From NCBI RefSeq assembly GCF_000195755.1, contig NC_002937.3, positions 1,770,001-1,802,000 of the forward strand: a DNA stretch of 32,000 bases, in the 5' to 3' direction. The position numbers and the translations under genes were made by a program. This DNA comes from Nitratidesulfovibrio vulgaris str. Hildenborough (GTDB lineage: Bacteria > Desulfobacterota > Desulfovibrionia > Desulfovibrionales > Desulfovibrionaceae). A model generated the notes under the pieces. That model had not been told where the DNA came from. It did no database searches and saw only the letters and a list, made by a program, of their open reading frames with translations. Of the stretch, positions 24,447 to 31,955 are shown in pieces (position 1 is the stretch's first letter; every line of letters starts with the position of its first letter).

Positions 24447-24775
24447 GGTCTGTCCTCCGTGGCCACGGCACGCATGGCCCGTGAAAGGTTCAAGAAGGCA
24501 TCCTCGTCCGCGAGGGCGAGGTCATTCAGCACGTCGTCGGCAAAATCCTTGAGGGCACACTCGCGATGGATGGAACTGTTGCCGCGCCACGCGGGGCGAT
24601 GCGCACCCAACCTGTCGAGCAGCACCACCAGCACCCGCTTGCCCGCCGGGGTACGCGCCACGTCGCGCAGGTCTTCGAGGTACTGGCGCTCCCGCTGGTC
24701 GGCCATGCGCCGTGCGCGAAGCTCGTCAGGGTCGGCCAACAGGTCGCCAAAGGGCGAGATGTCATCCAAAGGCAT
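24443..24775 (-). CDS. hypothetical phage protein
   Basis: 110-aa ORF with start/stop overlaps to both the portal and the scaffold. Acidic. No family recognised. Confidence 0.55.
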   Translation of the reverse strand: MPLDDISPFGDLLADPDELRARRMADQRERQYLEDLRDVARTPAGKRVLVVLLDRLGAHRPAWRGNSSIHRECALKDFADDVLNDLALADEDAFLNLSRAMRAVATEDRP

Positions 24776-26427
24776 CAGGCTCCACCTCCTGCAAGGTCAT
24801 GGGCCAGCGTCCCCGGCCCGGTTCGCGTGCCCGCGACCTTGGCAAGGCCCTGCATGGCGGTGATGGCCTCTTGCGCCTGCGCCTCGCGAGCCTTGGCCTC
24901 GTCGCGCTGCTGGCGCATGGCGGCCACGTCCTCGTCACTGCGCACCACGCGGCCCGGTGCGCCGATGCCCTTCGCCAGTTCATCCACGGCCTGGTCCATA
25001 TCCACCTTGTCGAGAACGCCGGGGTCGGCCTCGGCCAGCTGCATCACGTCCATCAGCAAGGCGCGGGTGCTCTCGGCCCCGGTCTGCCGCAACGCCTGCG
25101 CCAACGGGCTGATGTAGGAGATGTCCACCACGGCCACCTCACCAAGGGCGTCGGGCGGTGGCGGCAGCATCCCCGCCCTGTCCAGCAGGGCGAAGGTGCG
25201 GAAGATGACAGGGGTCAGCACCTTGGCCTCGTAGGCTTCGAGACTCGGCCCCATGAGTTGCAGCCGTTCGCGCTTGCGTTCGAGGTATTCGCCGTAGGTC
25301 ATGTCCTTGGGGCGCAGTTCCAGCGGCATGTCGGCGAAGTAGCTGGCCATGGTCGTCTGCCTGATGCGGTCGACCACGGTCGCTATCTCCTCGCGCACCT
25401 GATTCAGGTCGATGCGCACCTCGTACAGCGGCCCTATGCCGTGCGGGTCGCCCCCCGAGACGGCGTTCTCGCCGCCGGGGTTGACGTTCAAGCGTTGCTT
25501 GAAGGATGCAGGTTTGCGCGTGGGCGGGTTGATGACCTTCTGAAGGCCCACCAGCTTCTGTTTCTCCAGTTCCTGCAACTGCTTCACGTCGGGCAGGCAG
25601 TCGTCACCGGGGGCAGAACCGTAGAGGTCGAGCGTGTCGTCATAGGCCGCGAAGAAGTACGGCATCTCGTGGTAGCCGCTCTCCGAGAGCACGTCGTCGG
25701 CCCCGGTCGCCTCGTACATGTATGAGGCGAAGGGCATGTTCCGCGCGTCGATGCGCCCGTGCTGGCGTTCCGTGCGGGGCCGCACCACATGCACCACCTC
25801 CACGCGCTCGTGCCCCTTGTTCGTTTCGAGCAACTTCACCGTGGCGGGTGTCAGCCTGTCGCGCCCGAAGCGTTGCTCCATCTGGCGGGCGGTCAGCTTG
25901 AGGCGACGCACCACGGTATCCAGCCCTCCGTCGGCATCGAGTGCCACGGCCCATGTGCCCACAGTGCAACTCTCGAAGCGGCACAGCGCCCCCTGCGAGT
26001 TGTCCTGAAAGAGCAAGAGCGGCCCGAAGGCGAGAAACTCCATGTTGCAGGCGTGGATGGCCTGATAGAAGCCGCAGGCACGCAACACGCTGTTGATGCT
26101 GGCCTCCACCGTGTCGAGCCATGCCCGCGCCCCGGTGCGTTCGTTCTGCACGTCGTCGCGCAGACTCCAGCGGAACCACGGCAGAGCCGCAGGCGTCATG
26201 CCACCGGTCATGCCAGTGGCAGCCACCTTGAGGGCGCGTGTCCCTTCGCGGTTGAGCAGCCCCTTGCCGCGCGAAGCTATGACGTCCGCACCATCCTGCC
26301 CCTCGTAGATGCCGCGCATGGGCATCAGCCATTCCGAGATGTCGCGCCATTGCGCCTCACGGCGCTTGCGCAACCCCTCGACGTGCTCCGCCACCTCGGA
26401 AAGTTCCTTGAGCAGTGCCGAGCGCAT
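24775..26427 (-). CDS. portal (head-tail connector) protein, podovirus type
   Basis: 550 aa, downstream of terL and upstream of the scaffold and capsid. Size and order are typical. The N-terminus ...QWRDISEWLMPMRG... resembles podovirus connector proteins as I recall them. Confidence 0.8.
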   Translation of the reverse strand: MRSALLKELSEVAEHVEGLRKRREAQWRDISEWLMPMRGIYEGQDGADVIASRGKGLLNREGTRALKVAATGMTGGMTPAALPWFRWSLRDDVQNERTGARAWLDTVEASINSVLRACGFYQAIHACNMEFLAFGPLLLFQDNSQGALCRFESCTVGTWAVALDADGGLDTVVRRLKLTARQMEQRFGRDRLTPATVKLLETNKGHERVEVVHVVRPRTERQHGRIDARNMPFASYMYEATGADDVLSESGYHEMPYFFAAYDDTLDLYGSAPGDDCLPDVKQLQELEKQKLVGLQKVINPPTRKPASFKQRLNVNPGGENAVSGGDPHGIGPLYEVRIDLNQVREEIATVVDRIRQTTMASYFADMPLELRPKDMTYGEYLERKRERLQLMGPSLEAYEAKVLTPVIFRTFALLDRAGMLPPPPDALGEVAVVDISYISPLAQALRQTGAESTRALLMDVMQLAEADPGVLDKVDMDQAVDELAKGIGAPGRVVRSDEDVAAMRQQRDEAKAREAQAQEAITAMQGLAKVAGTRTGPGTLAHDLAGGGA

Positions 26428-26781
26428 CTAGCCCCCCACCCGACCGAGCAGGCTGTTGCCGATGGTCGATGTGCTCCCCGTGGCCCCGAGGGGCGAGGTC
26501 AGCACCGTGCCCCCCGAACCCATGCGGGCACGCAGACGCCGCGCCTCATCGTCGCGCACGCGCTTCGATTCGGGTTCGGCCTCCTTCTCGCGGATGGGCG
26601 TAGGTTCCGGTGTCGGCACGTCGGGAACCGAGGGCTTGGCTTTGCCTATGCCTCCGGTCTTCCCCCCCGCGCGACAGAGGCGCACGGGGCCGAGGATGCA
26701 GACGAACAGCAGCACGCCAAGCATGGCGCAGACCATGACGAGACGCCCGAACAGGCGACGCAACGAACGGAGCACCTTCAT
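26428..26781 (-). CDS. small membrane-anchored protein (N-terminal TM, Pro/Glu-rich linker)
   Basis: AGGAGG RBS and ATG 26781 in an ATGA overlap with the GNAT stop: MKVLRSLRRLFGRLVMVCAMLGVLLFVCILGP.... The 241-aa track ORF extends upstream in a frame that overlaps the GNAT gene and looks non-coding there. Confidence 0.55.
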   Translation of the reverse strand: MKVLRSLRRLFGRLVMVCAMLGVLLFVCILGPVRLCRAGGKTGGIGKAKPSVPDVPTPEPTPIREKEAEPESKRVRDDEARRLRARMGSGGTVLTSPLGATGSTSTIGNSLLGRVGG

Positions 26782-27332
26782 GCGGTCTCCTCCTGTGTGA
26801 GGTCGTGAGGTGTGATGACGGAGATGATGCCGGGCACGCACCGCCCGCCGGGATGTGCGGCATTGGCCCTGTTCACAAGGCGGCACGCCCCCGGCAGACG
26901 CCCCTGCACCGTGAAGCCCAGCGCGGTGATGTACCGCAGCGCATGGCGGTAGGTCGCCGGGGTGATGCCCGCCAGCGAATCGAAGTGCCCCGTGTCGAAG
27001 GCCCAACGCACGAAGGCCAGCCCGATGCGCACGGCATCCGGCTGCCCGGCGCGGAACACACAGAAATGGGTAAGGGCACAACGCCCCGTGAATCCGGTGA
27101 GCCATGCCACGGCCACAAGGTCGCCCGCTTCGGTCTCGATGCGCACCAGCCACGCCACATCCGGCCCGGTCACGGCGTGCCAGTGGACGATGGCCGGGGC
27201 TGCCACGTCATAGAAGACCGTGGTGGCCAGCCCTTCGTCCTGCATCCGCCAGAAGGGTTCGGCGCGCAGCGCGGGCGGGTCGTCCCGCGTGACGACGCGG
27301 CAACGGTAGGAGCCAGTCATAAGGCCGGTCAC
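26778..27332 (-). CDS. GNAT-like acetyltransferase
   Basis: 184 aa. The C-terminal half ...GQPDAVRIGLAFVRWAFDTGHFDSLAGITPATYRHALRYITALGFTVQGRLPGA fits the GNAT motif A/B layout (L.G.....N..A......lGF...G..P.A). The start overlaps the terL stop. Confidence 0.55.
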   Translation of the reverse strand: MTGLMTGSYRCRVVTRDDPPALRAEPFWRMQDEGLATTVFYDVAAPAIVHWHAVTGPDVAWLVRIETEAGDLVAVAWLTGFTGRCALTHFCVFRAGQPDAVRIGLAFVRWAFDTGHFDSLAGITPATYRHALRYITALGFTVQGRLPGACRLVNRANAAHPGGRCVPGIISVITPHDLTQEETA

Positions 27333-28933
27333 GACGAGGCCCTCATGTGCCCGAGCGGGTCGTAGTCGTCGAAGCCGAGCGAGGTGAGCGCGCCCGCATG
27401 GGGGTCGTTGGGCATCCCGCCCACGCTGGCGGCGTAGTCGTCCTCGTCGGGGAAGACGGCCCCGAGCGCCTCGTCCACCTGCCGGGCGAGGCAGTCGAGC
27501 ATGTCGTCATGCCCGCACACCGGAAAGGCGAGATACTCCTCCTGCACGAACTCCCCGGTCAGGTCACGCCACCGCCCTTCCACATCGCGGTACGACATGC
27601 GCCCCGGCAGGAAGATGCGCCCCTGTTCGAACAGAGGCACCAGACGCCGGATGCGGTCGGCCTTGGGCATGGCCCCGCCAAGTTCCACGATGTCGAAGTG
27701 GTAGCCCGTCCTGTCCTGCTCACCCCTGATGTGCTCCACGTCTGCCTGAAGGCCGTACCGCTCGTACCCCACGCACAGCGGACGATGCGCCCGCACCAGC
27801 CGGAACAGTTCGCGCGTGCGTTCGGCGAGGTTCAGCCTGTCGCGCACCCCTTCGATGACGTAGCGGTACCCGTCCGCGCCGAAGCCCACTACCCACATGA
27901 CGGTGTAGTCCGCAGCGGCCTTCTTGCTGTGGGCCGGGTCGACGATGATGTAGCGGTTCATGCGCTCGCACAGGTCGCGCGAAGGCTCCCAGTAGCGCAG
28001 CCATTCGGCCTTGAAGCCTGCCGCATCGTCGGCCTTGGGGTTCTGGAGCATCTGGCAGCCGAAGATGTACGGCCCCATGTCGCGCCGTTTCGCCGCCAAT
28101 GCTTCCGGAGAGAGAAAGTGAGGTAGCCCCGTGACCGAACCGTCCACGGTGGCGGGATAGATACGCGGCACCGCCGTCTCGCGGTCGAGGATGTCCTTGT
28201 AGGTGTCGCTGAAGTGGTAGCGCGTGCCGATGAAACGCCTGCGGCCGCCATGCGCCCCGAGGTTGTACGACACCGCAAGGGCGTCTGTGGTCTTCCTTAT
28301 CTGGTCAGGCGTGGTCACGGACTCGGGCGTCACCACGTCGTCATAGACCAGCAGCGAGAAGTGCTTGCCGATGGGCTGCCCGTCCACCAGCCCCCACGCC
28401 TCGACGGTGGCCTCCTTGGGGTTGCTCGCACGCTTCACCACGATGCCGCCGTCCAGCGACCATTGCGGTGCATCGGTGCGCGGGTTGTCCCACAGCACGT
28501 CGGGGTAGGCAGCGCGAAGCACCGGGTTCTCTTCGAACTCGCGCTTTATCTGCTGCAAGAAGGCCTTCGCCCCTGGCCTGCTATGCGAGAAGATGCCCAC
28601 CGTGATGTCCGGCGTGCAGAGGATGTCCTGAATGGTCAGGGCGAAGGTGATGATGGTCGACTTGTAGTGCTCGCGTGCCCACAGGTCGAGATGCCCGTCG
28701 GGCGAGGCCGCCACCTCGCGGCATCGGGCGAAGCACCAGTCGTTGTCAGCGTCCTTGCGCTTGAGAAGCACCACAAGCAGAAAGAACAGGTCTAGCCTGC
28801 CCAACTCCGCCAGCGTGGCAAGCACCACCTGTGCCCCATGCCTGTTGGCTTCGGTCAGTATGGCGCCATACCGGGCATGTGCTTCGGCCCTGCTGGCGAA
28901 TGGCACCCGTCTCCTGTGCTTATCGCCCTGCAT
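27329..28933 (-). CDS. terL: terminase large subunit
   Basis: About 534 aa from ATG 28933: MQGDKHRRRV...DLWAREHYKSTIITFALTIQDIL...LLVYDDVVT (Walker B-like)...IIVDPAHS...YERYGLQADVEHI (nuclease domain). The track start at 29113 lies in a frame that overlaps terS and looks non-coding. Confidence 0.85.
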   Translation of the reverse strand: MQGDKHRRRVPFASRAEAHARYGAILTEANRHGAQVVLATLAELGRLDLFFLLVVLLKRKDADNDWCFARCREVAASPDGHLDLWAREHYKSTIITFALTIQDILCTPDITVGIFSHSRPGAKAFLQQIKREFEENPVLRAAYPDVLWDNPRTDAPQWSLDGGIVVKRASNPKEATVEAWGLVDGQPIGKHFSLLVYDDVVTPESVTTPDQIRKTTDALAVSYNLGAHGGRRRFIGTRYHFSDTYKDILDRETAVPRIYPATVDGSVTGLPHFLSPEALAAKRRDMGPYIFGCQMLQNPKADDAAGFKAEWLRYWEPSRDLCERMNRYIIVDPAHSKKAAADYTVMWVVGFGADGYRYVIEGVRDRLNLAERTRELFRLVRAHRPLCVGYERYGLQADVEHIRGEQDRTGYHFDIVELGGAMPKADRIRRLVPLFEQGRIFLPGRMSYRDVEGRWRDLTGEFVQEEYLAFPVCGHDDMLDCLARQVDEALGAVFPDEDDYAASVGGMPNDPHAGALTSLGFDDYDPLGHMRASS

Positions 28934-29528
28934 CGTCTCCCTCCGACACGCCCTCGCTGGGCATATACCCGCTGATGGCCTCCACCACGGCAGGCGGCAG
29001 GGTGTGGCGCACGTCCACCTCTCCTGTGTGACGCACCTCCTGCCTGTCGCGCCAGCGTTCCGGGTCGCGGTTGGCAAGCCAGTAGCGGGCGGCCCCGGTG
29101 TCGGGGGCCACATGCTTCGTCACCGCCTTGGTCACACGCAGTTCAGGCCCCACCAGACGCGGGGCACCCTCTCCAGGCACCACCACGAGCACAGGTTCCT
29201 TCGTCACCTCCACCACCTTGTAGCCCTTGGCCCGCTTGAGTAACGCGGCCTCCACCTCGCACGAGTCGTAGGCATCGCGCCCCTTGCGGCACGCCTCCGC
29301 GAACTCCGGGTGTTCCTTGCGCCACCGCGTGAGGGTCGAACCGTCCACGCCGAAGAGCCGCGCCAGCTGGCGGTCGGTCATGCCGCTCATGGCGATGGCC
29401 TCGCGTGCCTGCATGGCATAGGCGGCGTTGTAGCGACTGGGCCGACCACGACGCACCGCGACACGCGCAGAAGCCTGCGCCCCTGCCGTGTCTGCCTTGG
29501 TCTTGCGTGTGGTCTTGGTGGTGGTCAT
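28920..29528 (-). CDS. terS: terminase small subunit (HTH)
   Basis: 202 aa: ...GRPSRYNAAYAMQAREAIAMSGMTDRQLARLFGVDGSTLTRWRKEHPEFAEACRKGRD...YWLANRDPERWRD. This is a typical small-terminase HTH plus oligomerisation layout. It overlaps terL by 14 nt. Confidence 0.75.
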   Translation of the reverse strand: MTTTKTTRKTKADTAGAQASARVAVRRGRPSRYNAAYAMQAREAIAMSGMTDRQLARLFGVDGSTLTRWRKEHPEFAEACRKGRDAYDSCEVEAALLKRAKGYKVVEVTKEPVLVVVPGEGAPRLVGPELRVTKAVTKHVAPDTGAARYWLANRDPERWRDRQEVRHTGEVDVRHTLPPAVVEAISGYMPSEGVSEGDDAGR

Positions 29529-29663
29529 GGTCTCCTCGTTTCATCCCGTGCCCCGCACCGGGGGCCACTGAAAGTCCGGTTGCCGCCGCCCGCCGTGGAG
29601 CGGACGAGGCGGGAGCTACCCGCCGGGTGAACCGGCCCCGGCAACCGAGGTTCGACTATCGGG

Positions 29664-29912
29664 CTACCGTGCCCCCATGAAGGGAAGGAGTTTCGCAGCA
29701 AGCCCACCGGCGACTCCGGCGGCTGCCATGAGCGCGGTCAGCACCAGCTTGCCGCCCTTGCGCTGCTGTTCGGCGTCTTCGAGGGCACTCACGCGCACGT
29801 CCAGCGCATCGAGCCGCTGGCCCCTGATGACGCACCGCTCGGCAAGCATGGCCTTGATGACGGCGATGTCGGCCTCTATGCGGGCCAGCCTCTGCTCGTC
29901 GGTCACGTTCAT
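29664..29912 (-). CDS. lysis-cassette accessory protein (coiled coil plus C-terminal TM; spanin- or antiholin-like)
   Basis: 82 aa from ATG 29912, in an ATGA overlap with the holin stop: MNVTDEQRLARIEADIAVIKAML...KLVLTALMAAAGVAGGLAAKLLPF. Confidence 0.5.
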   Translation of the reverse strand: MNVTDEQRLARIEADIAVIKAMLAERCVIRGQRLDALDVRVSALEDAEQQRKGGKLVLTALMAAAGVAGGLAAKLLPFMGAR

Positions 29913-30259
29913 ATCCCCAGCCCGAGCATCCCCAGCAGGATGCGGCCGATGAGGGCCATCTCCTCCGAGGCGTAGCCGAACCAGCCCACCGAGGGGAAAA
30001 GGGCCACGAGAATGGGGCGCACGATGACCTGCCACGCCAGCGCCACGCCGCACAGAAGCCCCACCACCGACCGCCACGAACGGACGAAGCCGATGACGCC
30101 GCCTTGCGACGACTGCACTTCGGCGGTGTTGGTCGCCTGCTGGCCCATGAGCCGCTCGTGCTCCTGCTGCCGTTCGGCGCGGCGATTGGGCAGCATGTCG
30201 GCCACACGGTCGACCACGCGGCCCGCAAACCCTCCGGTGAGAATGTCGAGCCAGCCCAT
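29909..30259 (-). CDS. holin (3-TM, DUF3154-like)
   Basis: MGWLDILTGGFAGRVVDRVADMLPNRRAERQQEHERL...GFVRSWRSVVGLLCGVALAWQVIVRPILVALFP matches my recollection of the 'holin of 3 TMs' family layout. ATG 30259 is in an ATGA overlap with the endolysin stop. Confidence 0.6.
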   Translation of the reverse strand: MGWLDILTGGFAGRVVDRVADMLPNRRAERQQEHERLMGQQATNTAEVQSSQGGVIGFVRSWRSVVGLLCGVALAWQVIVRPILVALFPSVGWFGYASEEMALIGRILLGMLGLGI

Positions 30260-30675
30260 CACGCCCGCCCGAGGGCCATGTCGCAGCCCCGGCCCACCGT
30301 CGCGGAGTCGTAGGGGTGCTGCCCGTTCTCGTGCCTGATGATGCAGGCCACCAGCGCAGGCAGCACACGTGCCACGTCCACGGCTTCGTCAGGTCGCACG
30401 CCAAGCCTGTCGGCCACGTGCATGACGTAGGCGTCGGTGTCGTTCTCGGAAGGTGGTGCCCAGCGCGTGATGATCTGGCGTATGGTCTTGAGACCGTGCT
30501 TGCGCTGGTAGTTCAGCAGAATGACGCCCATGGCACGGATGCCGTACTCAGGGGTCGAGAAGGTGCAGAAGTCGGGGTCTTGCTGCTCCGGCGTCAGTCC
30601 CTTCCACGAGTCGCCGTGTCGGATGTTGCCGGGGTTGTTGTTCCTGATGCCTCTGGGGATTCGCTGGATGGCCAT
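30259..30675 (-). CDS. putative endolysin / peptidoglycan hydrolase (RNNNPGNIR-motif family)
   Basis: 138 aa from ATG 30675: MAIQRIPRGIRNNNPGNIRHGDSWKGL...EYGIRAMGVILLNYQRKHGLKTIRQIITRWAPPSENDT. It is the first gene of a three-gene ATGA-coupled cassette with a holin. The family assignment is from memory only. Confidence 0.55.
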   Translation of the reverse strand: MAIQRIPRGIRNNNPGNIRHGDSWKGLTPEQQDPDFCTFSTPEYGIRAMGVILLNYQRKHGLKTIRQIITRWAPPSENDTDAYVMHVADRLGVRPDEAVDVARVLPALVACIIRHENGQHPYDSATVGRGCDMALGRA

Positions 30676-30823
30676 GCGCACTGCTCCGCGTTGTCCCCTC
30701 CGGCGCGGGAGGCCGCCGCCCGGCCCACCCGGTAAGCGACCTCCCACGCACTGCCTTGGCGCATCTGAGGGGAGGACTCCGATACGCGAACACCCTACCC
30801 CCGGCTTTTCTGCCAATCCGTCA

Positions 30824-30862
30824 GGGGATAGGCAGGGCACGTCTGGGGATAGGCAGGGCACG
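30824..30862. repeat. two perfect 18-bp tandem direct repeats with 21-bp periodicity
   Basis: GGGGATAGGCAGGGCACG occurs at 30824-30841 and again at 30845-30862, separated by TCT. The repeats lie in the divergent region between the lysis cassette and higB. Confidence 0.9.
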
Positions 30863-30873
30863 CCTACAGCTAC

Positions 30874-30902
30874 TTGACAGGGTTCGACCGACCGCCTAGT
30901 TT
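30874..30902 (+). promoter_or_regulatory. candidate higBA promoter
   Basis: TTGACA at 30874-30879, a 17-nt spacer, then TAGTTT at 30897-30902, about 45 nt upstream of the higB ATG. Confidence 0.4.
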
Positions 30903-30945
30903 AACGGATAACAGTAGATGCAAAACGGTAAACGCAGGACGGTAG

Positions 30946-31224
30946 ATGATAGCGTCATTCCGCTGTAAGGAGACCCGCAGCCTTTTCGACGGCGGCACGA
31001 GCCGTCGCTTTCAGGCGTTCTCCGCAGTGGCCCTGCGCAAGCTCGACATGCTCGATGCGGCGGTAAGCCTGGACGACCTGCGCATTCCCCCCGCGAACCG
31101 GCTCGAAGCCCTCAAGGGCGACAGGCAAGGGCAACACAGCATCCGCATCAACGACCAGTGGCGTGTGTGCTTTGTCTGGCGCGATGGCGCACCGCATGAC
31201 GTGGAAATCGTCGACTACCACTAG
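30946..31224 (+). CDS. higB: HigB-type toxin (RelE/ParE superfamily, plasmid maintenance system killer)
   Basis: MIASFRCKETRSLFDG...FQAFSAVALRKLDMLDAAVSLDDLRIPPANRLEALKGDRQGQHSIRINDQWRVCFVWRDGAPHDVEIVDYH is the canonical HigB pattern. Confidence 0.85.
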   Translation: MIASFRCKETRSLFDGGTSRRFQAFSAVALRKLDMLDAAVSLDDLRIPPANRLEALKGDRQGQHSIRINDQWRVCFVWRDGAPHDVEIVDYH

Positions 31225-31233
31225 GAGGCCCCC

Positions 31234-31539
31234 ATGCGCATTCGCACCCACCCGGGCGAAGTCCTGAACGAAGAGTTCCTCAAGCCGCTTGGCGTCACCG
31301 CCCATGCTCTGGCAGTGGCCCTTGGCGTACCGGCCACCCGCATCGCAGACATCGTGCACCAGCGGCGCGGCGTCTCTGCGGATACGGCAGCCCGCCTCGC
31401 GCGCTTCTTCGGCACCAGTGCGGCATTCTGGATGAACCTTCAGTCGGCCTATGACCTTTCCATCGTCGAGCGCGACAAGGGGGCCGACCTCTCGCACATC
31501 CGCCCGCACGCCAGCGTGGGCACTTCCCTCTCGTGCTGA
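31234..31539 (+). CDS. higA: HigA-type antitoxin (XRE-family HTH)
   Basis: MRIRTHPGEVLNEEFLKPLGVTAHALAVALGVPATRIADIVHQRRGVSADTAARLARFFGTSAAFWMNLQSAYDL is the canonical HigA pattern. It starts 9 nt after higB. Confidence 0.85.
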   Translation: MRIRTHPGEVLNEEFLKPLGVTAHALAVALGVPATRIADIVHQRRGVSADTAARLARFFGTSAAFWMNLQSAYDLSIVERDKGADLSHIRPHASVGTSLSC

Positions 31540-31613
31540 GGCCTCTCTTCCACGCCCTCTGCTGACGCCTCGTGCTGGCGCTCCCGACGCCCGCCTTTCT
31601 CCCCGTTCCAATG

Positions 31614-31640
31614 CCCCGTCTCCACGGGGCTTTTCTTCAC
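31614..31640 (+). terminator. rho-independent terminator after higA
   Basis: CCCCG-tctcca-CGGGG hairpin (31614-31629) followed by CTTTTCTT. Confidence 0.5.
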
Positions 31641-31925
31641 CCGCCCTCATCCCCCTAGATTTCCATTTTGCACGCAATACAGCGCAACAGTCTGAAATAA
31701 TTGAAATAAAACCGCAGAAAAATTGCTGAATAATTGCATATCACAACAGCTTGATATGCTTGGCCCTCGTGCCTCTTTGTCACCCTTCAAGCGGTCGCGT
31801 CGTCCTTCCAGCCTCACGAGCGTGAACTTTCCGTGGAATGTGGCCCTCGCAGTCCCTGACCGCTACGCGCCTCCTGCCCCTTCACGCCGGGCACAACGCA
31901 TCCCCAGACTCACGCCACAAACACA

Positions 31926-31955
31926 AAACCATCCGCATGGCGGATGGTTTCTTTT
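31926..31955 (+). terminator. rho-independent terminator with no annotated upstream gene
   Basis: 10-11 bp stem AAACCATCCGC / GCGGATGGTTT (31926-31950) followed by CTTTT. Confidence 0.55.

Noticed and set aside
18940-26808. Series of long plus-strand ORFs (18940-19704, 21771-22673, 22616-23743, 23601-24863, 24712-25725, 25759-26808)
   Set aside because: All lie opposite tightly packed minus-strand virion genes with recognisable order and motifs. None has an RBS or start context. Their compositions are Arg/Gly/His/Pro-rich, typical of GC-rich antisense frames.
26782-27153. Upstream extension of the 241-aa minus ORF (26428-27153), and the 29113 start of terL
   Set aside because: The N-terminal extensions overlap the GNAT and terS coding frames and look non-coding (Arg/Gly/His-rich). 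Internal ATGs with an AGGAGG RBS or coupled overlaps give sensible gene boundaries.
29600-29680. tRNA-like GGTTCGA motif at about 29649-29655
   Set aside because: I could not fold a cloverleaf. The flanking T-stem gives only 4 bp with a 10-nt loop, and there is no acceptor or anticodon arm. I treat it as part of the structured intergenic region instead.
29656-30404. Long minus ORFs 29656-30228 and 29664-30404 spanning the lysis region
   Set aside because: Only the last 82 codons of the 29664 frame look like a real protein. The remainder overlaps the holin and endolysin frames, which have recognisable family features.
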